Source: Candidatus Saccharimonadota bacterium
GTDB taxonomy: Bacteria; Patescibacteriota; Saccharimonadia; Saccharimonadales; SLHW01
NCBI GenBank assembly: GCA_050486305.1
Contig: JBJHDA010000001.1
Span: forward strand, 51,071 to 115,070
Reading direction: 5' to 3'
DNA: 64,000 nucleotides
Part shown: positions 8,890 through 18,800 of the stretch, in pieces
Numbering within the stretch: position 1 is the first letter of the stretch
Layout of the letters: every line of letters starts with the position of its first letter
Translations under genes and position numbers: made by a program
Notes under the pieces: model-generated
Told to the model about the DNA's origin: nothing
What the model saw: the letters and a program-made list of their open reading frames with translations, nothing else
Databases searched by the model: none

Positions 8890-9090
8890 TTCCGTCAATC
8901 GACGGGTGAGTGGCTATCAACCACAAACTCTGTATGCAGAGCGTAGCGGGAAGAACGTCTGCCCAAAGCGGATTAGTAGAACCCGGCAGTCGAGGCACTG
9001 ACCAGAAAGCCGTAAATAAGCCCCGAACAGGATGGTACCGATTCATCACTTGATGGATCTCCTGTAGTAATCAGGGGTATTTTTTATTTA
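8890..9090 (+). promoter_or_regulatory. T-box leader (Ile specifier) controlling ileS
   Basis: The hairpin gagtgg-CUAUCAA-ccac presents AUC followed by A at 8916-8919. The T-box core CAGGATGGTACCGATT at 9028-9043 compares with GGGUGGUACCGCG, and its UGGU would pair with an ACCA acceptor end. The terminator-like hairpin ctcctg-tagtaa-cagggg plus tattttttattt (9056-9087) lies just before the ileS ATG at 9118. Confidence 0.65.
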
Positions 9091-9117
9091 AAAATCTATT
9101 TCTGACAGGACGTTATT

Positions 9118-12000
9118 ATGAAATATAAGCATGGCACAAGGCGACGAGCCAAGGAGTACGAAAGAGATCTAGTTTCGTATTGGCAAAAGAGCAAAACCTT
9201 TGAGAAATCTGTTGAGAACCGGCCAAAGGATAACTCATATGTGTTCTATGACGGGCCGCCGTTTATTACAGGTGTTCCGCACCACGGCACACTACTCTCA
9301 AGTATTGTAAAAGATGCTGTGCCACGTTACTGGACAATGAAGGGTAAACGCGTGGAGCGAGTTTGGGGCTGGGATTGCCACGGCTTGCCAGCTGAGGTTT
9401 ATACAGAAAAGAAACTCGGCGTTAAGAGCAAGCAAGAAGTATACGAATTAGGCCTTGAGAAATACATTCTGACCTGTCGAGAAAACATGGTGCAGACCGG
9501 AAGTGAATGGGAGGATACTATTGCGCGGATCGGTCGCTGGGTTGACTTTAAGGGCGCCTATAAAACCATGGACAAAGAGTATATGGAGTCTGTCTGGTGG
9601 GCATTTAAACAGCTGTATGAGAAGGGGAAAATTTATGAAGGCGAGAAGGTGCTGCTGTACTGTACACGCGATGCAACACCGTTATCAAAAGCCGAGGTGG
9701 CGATGGATAACTCCTACCAAGATGTTACTGACCCATCTGTGTATGTGAAGTTTAAGCTAACTGATAGTGATAAGTATTTGTTGGCTTGGACGACGACTGC
9801 TTGGACATTGCCGGCTAACACGGCTGTAGCCTTGAACCAGGATGAAACATATGCAGAAGTTAGAGTGGGTGATGAAATACTTATTCTGGCTGACGCGTTG
9901 TTGGGCAAAGTCCTTACTGACGAAAAGCACCAACAGCTCGATTACGAAGTAATACGCACCCTAAAGGGCAAAGAGCTAGTAGGTAAGTCATACGAGCCTT
10001 TATTTGAAGACCGTGGTAAGAACGCGCACAAGGTTTGGCATGCGGATTACGTGAGCCTTGAGGACGGTACTGGAATTGTCCACTTGGCGCCAGCGTATGG
10101 TGAGGAGGATTATGAACTCAGTCGAGAAAAAGGCTTCCCGTTTGTTTCCAATATCGATGATAACGGCTTCTTTACTTCAGGTGACTGGAAGGGTGAGTAC
10201 GTGTGGGACATTAATAAGCCGATTGCGAAAGAGTTACATGCCCGAAAGGTTGTCTGGAAGATAGACTACATAAAACACAGTTATCCTCACTGTCACAGGT
10301 GTGGCACAAAACTAATGTACCGTGCCCATCCGAGCTGGTTTATGGACATAGAGGGTCAGCGTGAGCAAATGCTAGAGCAAAACGGCGACATCAACTGGTT
10401 TCCCGGGCACATAAAGCACGGCAGATTTGAAAAGACTGTCCAGTCTGCTCCTGATTGGAACTTGAGCCGGGATCGTTTCTGGGCAACAGCTATGCCTGTA
10501 TGGAAAGGGACCGATAAAGATGGCAAAGAGCTTGTAAAGGTTGTCGGAAGTTATGCTGAGCTGAAAGAGCTGTCCGGAGTAGAGCTGGACGATTACCACC
10601 GCCCATGGATAGATGATGTAACATTCACAATCGATAATGTCGAATATAAGAGAGTAGACAAAGTGATAGACAGCTGGTTTGAAAGCGGCAGTATGCCATT
10701 TGCTCAATTCCACTACCCGTTCGAGAATGTCGAAAAGTTTGAGCAGAATTTTCCTGGTGACTTTATTGCGGAATACGTAGGGCAGGTTAGAGCCTGGTTC
10801 TACTACTTGCATGCCGTATCTACTGCCTTGTTCGGCAAAAATTCATTCAAGAACGTTATTGTGACTGGCACGCTTGCAGGAAACGATGGCCGCAAGATGA
10901 GTAAAAGCTACGGTAATTACACTGACCCTAACGAGCTAATGGATATGTACAGTGCCGATGCGCTTCGTTACTTACTTTTATCAAGCCCGCTTTTGAATGG
11001 TGAGGACTTCTCGCTGATAGACAAAGATGTAGCAGATGTGAGTCGAAAGCTAGCAATGGTTTGGAATATGTACGACTTCTTTACGATGTATGCAGACGTT
11101 GATGGCTGGGAGTGGGACGGAAAGCTGGTGGATCCGGCTGAAAGCCTGACAAACCCACTTGATCAGTGGATTGTCTCCCGTGTACATCAGCTAACGGAGG
11201 AGATCGACAGGCATATGCAACGCTATGATATTCCGAACGCAACCAAGCCGATTCTGCCGTTCATTGACGATGCTTCTAACTGGTACGTTCGCCGCTCTCG
11301 TAAACGGTTTTGGAAAAGTGATAACGATGCGGATAAAAACGATGCCTACAAGACACTGCATTATGTATTGGTGCGATTGAGCCAGGTGATGGCGCCGTTT
11401 ACCCCATTTCTTGCCGAGGAGCTCTACCAGAAGCTCACTGGAGGTGAGTCGGTTCACCTGCTTGATTGGCCGGAGCACGGCCACGTTAATGAGCTTATCG
11501 TTGATAGGATGGCATTTGTCCGAGAAATTATAAACGAGGGTTTATCACAGCGTTCGCAGGCGAGCATCAAGGTTCGTCAGCCGCTACGAAAGGTAACAGT
11601 CAGCGGCTACGACACCAACTTAGGTGAAAACCAAAAAGAGCTGTCGTCAATAATTCTTGAAGAATTAAATGTAAAAGAGTGGGTGAGTTCATCCGTTGGT
11701 GAGCAGTCAGTTACGCTGGACACGGAGATAACGCCAGCACTGAAGAAGGAAGGCTTGGCTCGTGAAGTCGTTCGCCTGGTTCAGAATGCTAGAAAACAGG
11801 CAGGACTACAAGTGGATGATCGTATAAAGCTTGCGCTGAAGACAGACGACGAAGAGCTCTTAGGGGCAATTACAGAGAACAAAGACTACATTTGCGCAGA
11901 GACACTCTGTAAAGCCAAGGTAGATGGTATAGAGGACGGACACACGGTAAACGCGAACATTGGGAAGGTACAGCTCACTATAGAGCTAAAAAAGCACTAA
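9118..12000 (+). CDS. ileS: Isoleucyl-tRNA synthetase (type 2, eukaryote-like)
   Basis: 960 aa with PPFITGVPHHGT (HIGH region), KMSKS (GRKMSKSYGN) and a WDCHGLP editing-domain context. Confidence 0.95.
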   Translation: MKYKHGTRRRAKEYERDLVSYWQKSKTFEKSVENRPKDNSYVFYDGPPFITGVPHHGTLLSSIVKDAVPRYWTMKGKRVERVWGWDCHGLPAEVYTEKKLGVKSKQEVYELGLEKYILTCRENMVQTGSEWEDTIARIGRWVDFKGAYKTMDKEYMESVWWAFKQLYEKGKIYEGEKVLLYCTRDATPLSKAEVAMDNSYQDVTDPSVYVKFKLTDSDKYLLAWTTTAWTLPANTAVALNQDETYAEVRVGDEILILADALLGKVLTDEKHQQLDYEVIRTLKGKELVGKSYEPLFEDRGKNAHKVWHADYVSLEDGTGIVHLAPAYGEEDYELSREKGFPFVSNIDDNGFFTSGDWKGEYVWDINKPIAKELHARKVVWKIDYIKHSYPHCHRCGTKLMYRAHPSWFMDIEGQREQMLEQNGDINWFPGHIKHGRFEKTVQSAPDWNLSRDRFWATAMPVWKGTDKDGKELVKVVGSYAELKELSGVELDDYHRPWIDDVTFTIDNVEYKRVDKVIDSWFESGSMPFAQFHYPFENVEKFEQNFPGDFIAEYVGQVRAWFYYLHAVSTALFGKNSFKNVIVTGTLAGNDGRKMSKSYGNYTDPNELMDMYSADALRYLLLSSPLLNGEDFSLIDKDVADVSRKLAMVWNMYDFFTMYADVDGWEWDGKLVDPAESLTNPLDQWIVSRVHQLTEEIDRHMQRYDIPNATKPILPFIDDASNWYVRRSRKRFWKSDNDADKNDAYKTLHYVLVRLSQVMAPFTPFLAEELYQKLTGGESVHLLDWPEHGHVNELIVDRMAFVREIINEGLSQRSQASIKVRQPLRKVTVSGYDTNLGENQKELSSIILEELNVKEWVSSSVGEQSVTLDTEITPALKKEGLAREVVRLVQNARKQAGLQVDDRIKLALKTDDEELLGAITENKDYICAETLCKAKVDGIEDGHTVNANIGKVQLTIELKKH

Positions 12001-12070
12001 GCCTTTGACAAGGGTCGTTTACTCTGTTAGGATACGCTGGTACAATTTTACGACTTAAGGAATAATACGC

Positions 12071-12379
12071 ATGAAAAAAGCAGTCATTTTAACTGGCGGA
12101 AAGCAATATATCGTCTCAGAAGGGGATAAAATCGAAGTAGAGCTGTTAAGCGATGCTAAAAAAACTGTCAGCTTCGTGCCATTGCTAGTTACAGACGGAG
12201 AGAAGACAACAGTCGGTACACCAGAGGTAAAAGATGCGAAGGTAACAGCTGATGTTGTCGAGTCAGATCTTCAAACTGACAAGGTAACATCAATCCGATT
12301 CAAGGCAAAGAAGCGCGTTAATAAGAAGCGTGGCCATCGTCAGAGAAAAGCTATTCTATCTATTAAAAAGATCAGCTAG
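12071..12379 (+). CDS. rplU: 50S ribosomal protein bL21
   Basis: MKKAVILTGGKQYIVSEGDKIEV... with a basic C-terminus KKRGHRQ. No rpmA follows it. Confidence 0.9.
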   Translation: MKKAVILTGGKQYIVSEGDKIEVELLSDAKKTVSFVPLLVTDGEKTTVGTPEVKDAKVTADVVESDLQTDKVTSIRFKAKKRVNKKRGHRQRKAILSIKKIS

Positions 12380-12406
12380 CTAACCTTTGCCTATAACACC
12401 TCTTAC

Positions 12407-12435
12407 AAAAATGCTTGCTCGGGCAAGCATTTTTA
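12407..12435 (+). terminator. Rho-independent terminator after rplU
   Basis: aaaaATGCTTGCtcggGCAAGCATttttaaa: perfect 8-bp stem, 4-nt loop and T-run. Confidence 0.8.
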
Positions 12436-12713
12436 AATGTCACGGCAAACTAAGGGTAACTTACTACATAAAACAAATGTATTCCTGTGGATAACCCCCA
12501 CACTCACCACCCAAACATTTTGTACTCACCCAGCATTACCCTTGAGCCCGTCTATCGCAAAACCAAGCAATTCTAAGCATAAGCCTCATCTGTTAGCTGT
12601 CACATAGTTATGTAATCACCACAACATTACCATCACGTCACCCTGTCAACCAGTGCGTTTTTCTGTCTGCCATACAGGGGTAAAAACCGCATACATTTCG
12701 TGTCCACTGCCTC

Positions 12714-12742
12714 TTGCCATATATAAGGTGACTTGTCATACT
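12714..12742 (+). promoter_or_regulatory. Candidate sigma-70-type promoter of giant gene 1
   Basis: TTGCCA, a 17-nt spacer, then CATACT. Spacing and the spacer motif (atat..ataagg.g) match the candidate promoter of giant gene 2. It implies a CA-rich leader of about 145 nt. Confidence 0.45.
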
Positions 12743-12894
12743 GTAGCTAGGCTTTAAAAAACAAAAACATAACCTTTCAAAAAAGCCGGCGAACAATAAA
12801 CCTTACTGCAGTTATTTCACTTAACGCTTTGACGGCGAAACAACCGCAGTAAAACAAACAAACAACTAAAACCAAAAAGGGCAGGCCGCCACTG

Positions 12895-15800
12895 ATGGCG
12901 CACCAAAAACAAAAATCACCAACAGGTCTTTCGAGACGCTTCTCCAACTACGTACTTCCACGTGGTCTTTCTGCATTCCTGCCCAAGTCCTTTGCCACCC
13001 GTGCCATTGCCTCTCTTACCCTTATCGCCGCCTTCCTCTTCTTTTCTCTTGCTAGCTTCTATTTCCTGGCTCCGGCCTTCCAGACTACTATATACGCGCA
13101 AAGCGTCCCCTCTACCCTCAACTTCCAGGCCCGCCTCCTGACTAGTTCCGGTGCAATCGTTCCCGATGGTACCTACAACGTCGAGTTCAAGCTCTACGAC
13201 CAAGAATCAGGCGGCACTGAACTCTGGACCGAAACCCGCACCTTCGACACTGACAGCAGTGACCTCCACCTCAACGTCCGCTCCGGTTATCTCTCCGTCT
13301 ATCTGGGTGACAAGACCCCGTTCCCATCCTCCATCGACTGGAACGACCAGCACTACCTCACCATGAACATCGGTGGCACCAGTGTTACCCCAACCTGGGA
13401 CGGCGAGATGACCCCACGTATCCGCCTTACCAGCGTGCCGTACGCCTTCCAGGCAGAGCAGGCCAACCAGGCACTTGACTCAGAACAGCTGCAAGGGCGT
13501 TCAGCCAGTGAGTTCGTCCAGCTCAGCCCTTCATCACAGCAGAGCGGCGGTATTAACATCTCCGGCACCGGTCAGTTTGGTAGCAACCTCTCCACCCAGG
13601 GTAACCTTACTGCCAACGGTACGCTTACCATCCAGGGCACTAGCAACTCATCCATCGCCGGCAACCTTGCCATTGGCCACACCAACCCCCAGGTCGCCCT
13701 CGATGTCGATGGCGGCGTCCGTGTTGGCAGTACTTCCGTCAACCTCTCCGGTGTCATCCGCTGGACTGGCTCTGATCTTGAAGTCTACGACGGCAGTACT
13801 TGGGTGTCTCTCACAGAAGGTAGCGGCTCCGGCGGTTCCAGTGTCGAGTCTCTGAACACCCTCACCGGCGCCCTCACCCTCCAAGGCACCACCAACCAAG
13901 TCACCGTCTCTGACGACGGCACCGACACCATCACCATCTCTCTGCCACAGGACATCAACACCACCGCAGCAGTTGAGTTCGGTAGCCTTACCACATCAGG
14001 CAACATCAGTGCTGGCGGTAATCTCAGCACAGACGGCACCCTCACTGTCACCCAATCCAGCACGTTCAACGGCAATGTCACTGTGGCCAGCGGCCAAAGC
14101 CTCCGCCTGACCGGCTCTGACACCTTCCCGGGTTCACCGGAAGAAGGGGAGCTCTACTTCCGAACTGACCTGAATCGTCTCTACATCTACGCAGACGGTC
14201 AATGGACCAACCTCCATGACACCGGCTCTGACAGCAGAACCGCCACCGCCATCGTGGCAGCCGATGACTCACCAGCCCAAGCCAAAGCCAGCGCTGACTA
14301 CGTTGCCACCGGCTCCAGTGACCAAGACACCATCAACGATGCCCTGACTGCCGCAGCTGGAGGGTATGTGTACCTGCATGAAGGAACGTACACCGTAGAC
14401 GACAGTATTGAGATACCGAATGACACTACACTGGCGGGAGCGGGCACAGGGACAGTCATTACGATTCCGGATGGGCATGATGCGAATCTAGAAGTGATTA
14501 CTAATGTTGACACCACGACGGGTACTGGCGTAACGATCCGAGACCTGAAGGTAGATGGCAATAAAGATGATCAGAATAGCGGTACAATGGACGGCATCTA
14601 TCTAGAGGGAATGGGTGGCGGCAGTGGCAGCTCGGCTCGGCAAGGCGCTGAACTGACCAACCTGACCATTGTAGACGTTCGCGGCAGAGGAATCCTGCTT
14701 GATAATAGCTCCAATAACTCTATTGTAAATAACTACCTATCCGGCAACGACAGGTTTGAGCAAATAATTTTATATCCAGACTCAAATAACAATATAATTT
14801 CGGGAAACCGCATACTCGCTGGCCAAGTCGGAATCTCTATTAGTGACAGCCGCCACAACGTCATCTCCAATAATGTTATCCAGGGCGGTACCTGGGGTAT
14901 CTATCTGCCAGCCTGGGGTAGCTCAGATTACACGACTATTTCCGGCAACAATATCTACGACCACTCTATATACGGGATCAGCGTGGAGGCCGGTGATTAC
15001 GTAACTGTTACCGGCAACACGATCCGCGGTACCTGCGCCGGCTGCGCCGGTCTCATATTCGAGGCTGATTACGGCATCATCTCCTCAAATACGTTTAATG
15101 AAGTTGGCAGCTATGAGATTTACATCCACGGCTCAAACAATAGTATTACTGGTAACCTCATTGGTGATAATAGTGCTATTTCTGCTCAAGGCATTTTCAT
15201 TAGTAGCTTTGCCAGCGACAACTACCTCTCAAATAACACTCTAAACGGCGGTGAAATTGACGATGTCGGCACCAACACCATCTACAGTAACCAAATTGGT
15301 AACAACGGCGCCATCATCAACCGTAGTGCTAACTCTACGACTATGTTCCAACTCCAAGACGCCTCAGGAGATGTCCTCTTCAATGCAGACACAGAAAACA
15401 TGAGAATCGGTATCGGTACAGACTCACCAGCCTACGCCCTGGACGTTGTCACCGCAGACGATATTGCCGCCCGCTTCTCCGGCAGGGTCATTGGAGCTGA
15501 TGCGGTGAACAATGATGAGTTCATAACTCTAGGCCAAGCCAATACTCTCTACCAAACAGCAGGTGACTACTTCCTCCAGGGTGGCAACAGCTTCGGTTCG
15601 ACAGCCACTCTTGGTACGACTGACAACAATGCTCTTGAATTTATCACCAATGACATCACACGTTTGACCATCGCTGCTGATGGCAGCACCGTTACTCTTG
15701 CTTCTGGCACTGGTCTCTTCCTGCAAGGCAACGCTACGCTTACAAATCCTGGAACTGGGTCAGGTAGCGAGCAGTTCGGCCTTAACGCATCCGCTCAGGG

Positions 15801-18800
15801 TAACAACAGCGTAGCCGTCGGCAATGCTGCCACGGCTGCCGCTCAAGATGCAGTGGCACTTGGCCAGAACAGCTATGCTGGACCGGAAAGTATTGCTATA
15901 GGCCCGTCTGCACACACAGGGGTTAACGCTTGGGGCAATGTGGCCATTGGCCCCTGGAACACTATCAGTGATGACACTTTCGAGAATATCCTTATAGGTT
16001 ACGGAGGTTCAATTTCAAGCGACGAATCAATCGGAATCGGCTCGGGTGTTGATGTACAGGGCAGCTCCAGTATCGCTATGGGGTTATTTGCTTCGACTGG
16101 GAGTGATGCTTCTGACGGAATTGCTATAGGTCGCAGCTCATATGTTGATAATTCAGTGTCGATTGCACTTGGCCGAAACGCTGAGACATTCGGACTAAAT
16201 ACGATATCTATCGGTGCTTTCTCTGGTACGGGCTCGGGAGCTACCGACAGTATCGTTATTGGTGGCTCTGGCTGGGCGTCCGGCGCCCAAAGCGTCGCGC
16301 TTGGTCAGGCAGCTGAGGTGTTTGCAGATGGTTCCACCGCACTTGGAGCCTACAGTTCAGTACAAAGCACTGCAACGGACTCAATTGCAATCGGGAATAT
16401 GGCGCGAGTTGACTCTGCTAACACTTTTGTAGCAGGCTCTCGGGACGCCCCGATTAGCACAGTCTTTTTCGGCAATGGTGAAACTGCGACTTCCGGTATC
16501 ACCCCGACCAGTTACACCATCCAAGGAACAGGCGGCAATGGTACGGACATACAGGGTGGAAATATTTCTATAGCCGGTGGCCGCGGCACGGGAACTGGAC
16601 CAGGCGGTGATATTATCTTTGAGACCGCAGCTTCCAGCGGCTCCTCAGGTACCACGCAAAACGCACTCAACGAACGTTTGCGTATCACTAGCGAAGGTGA
16701 TGTTGGTATCGGTACAGCTAGTCCTAGCTATAGGTTAGATGTTCAGGGTGGGTCTGGTGCAATTGCCCGCTTCTCCGGCCGTGTCATCGGTGCTGATGCG
16801 GTGAACACAGACGAGTTCACCACGCTGAGCCAGCTCAACGCCGTCGAAGACGCAGCCGTCCAAGGTTCCGGCACCCAAGGCCAAGTCGGCTTCTTCAATT
16901 CCAACGGAGATCTCACTGGCAGCAACAGCTTGTACTGGGACAACTCTTCTGGTGCTCTCGGCATCGGCACCAACGATCCAAACTCCTTCACCCTCCAGGT
17001 CGCTGGCTCCATCGGCCCTGACGCCAATGACACCTATGACCTTGGCTCCAGCTCCCGTCGTTGGCGTGATCTCTACCTCGGCCCTGACAGCCTCAACATC
17101 GGGACGCACACCAACAACGCCACCATGAGCTATAACACCACCACCAACCGCTTCAACTTCTCTCATGGCATCAATGTCTCCGGTACCACTGTGGCCACCT
17201 CATTCTCTGGTGACGGTGCTAACCTCACCAACCTTGATGCCGACAACATCACCACCGGCACGCTCAGTGTCTCCCGCGGCGGTACCGGCGTGGACTCCTT
17301 CACCCAGTACGGTATTCCATACGGCAACAGCACCAGCAGCATGGGTGTCACCGCTGCTGGTGTCACCGGTGAGTGTCTGACTGGCAACACCGGCAATGCG
17401 CCATCTTGGGTGGACTGTTCCATTGTCGGCGAAGGCGCTGAACCGGGTGGCACCGCTGGCGGTGACCTCTCCGGCACCTACCCGAATCCAACCGTTGCCC
17501 GAATCAACGGTGCAGCGCTTGGTACTACCACGGCTGATGCCGGCCGTATTCTCATTGGCTCCGGCAGCCAGTGGATCTCCAGAAGCTTCTCTGGCGACCT
17601 CACCGTCAGCAGTACCGGTACGACCACTCTCGCTGACACCAGCGTCTCAGCTGGTGCCTATGGCTCTGGCACTCAAGTCGCTACCTTCACGGTTGACAGC
17701 AAGGGAAGACTGACCGCTGCCGGGCAAACGACGATTGACATCAACAACCTTGGCGCTTTCATGCAGGGCGGGAACAGCTTTGGTGAGATGGCAACGCTTG
17801 GGACGAACGATAACCAAGCCCTCAGATTTATCACCAACAATACGGAGCGAATGCGTATCTTGGCTAATGGGAATGTGGGGATAGGGACGGGGAGTCCGAG
17901 CGCACCTCTGGAGGTGTCAGGAGGCTCAGGTACGAGAGTGATAATCGGCAACCCTTCTGGTGGCCACCCCACTATGGTACTTGGACGGCAGAGCGGTCAG
18001 CCAAGCATACAGAGTAATTCTGGCTGGTTTATTGCTGATGGCGGGGGAGGCACGGGTAATGCTGGACTAAACTACTGGAGTAGCGGAGACGTTATTTTGG
18101 CTAATGGCGGTGGAAACGTTGGTATTGGGACCATAAGCCCTTCAGAACCCCTTGATGTTTCAATCAGCACGTCTACATATCAAGGAATCCGATTTTCTAA
18201 TGCCGAGGAGGATGTGCGCATAGCTGTCGGCGCCTCAGGTATTGGTTACCTTAGAACATCAAGCGACAGACTGTATATAGGGGATAGTAATGCTAATAGG
18301 CTAGTGATAAGGAGCGGAAACGTTGGCATTGGTACAACAAATCCACAAGATTTATTGCATATCAACGGGGGTGATATTCGCATGTCATCACCATCACCAA
18401 GCGTTAACCTGTTTGAGACTGATACAGGGAAGAGTTGGTTTGTTGTAGCTGATGATAATAAGTTTGATGTTCGGGAGGACGGGACATCAGGATCGAATGC
18501 AAGGTTTACTATACGCGATGGTAATGTTGGTATTAATAATATAAATCCTTCTTCTACTCTGACAGTTGGCGGCAACCTAAGGTTTACTGGAGGCACGCGT
18601 CACATATTGATACCTAATGATACTCGTCTTGAATTTCGTAGCTCTTCAGGTAATCAAATTTTAGATATTCGTGATGAGGTTGGCGGCTCAAATGATCCAG
18701 GGTTGCGCTCATTAGCCACCTATGATCGCACCACAACTGCTAGTGCCAATCTGCATATTACATCTGCCGCGAACTTTTCCCGCTCCACTTCTTCCGCTCG

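Noticed and set aside
8699-9049. 116-aa minus-strand ORF between the small Trx-like ORF and ileS.
   Set aside because: It overlaps the 3-prime end of a + strand ORF and the T-box leader. It has no RBS or recognisable motif, and its span is better explained by the riboswitch.
12916-14561. Cluster of 60-130-aa ORFs on the minus strand and in alternative + frames inside giant gene 1. The same pattern occurs at 16735-17972 and throughout 20604-27909 in giant gene 2.
   Set aside because: They lie entirely within long, uninterrupted, motif-rich + strand ORFs. Their products are low-complexity P/S/T/V/A strings. They are the expected antisense shadows of Gly/Thr/Val-rich, C3-biased coding sequence.
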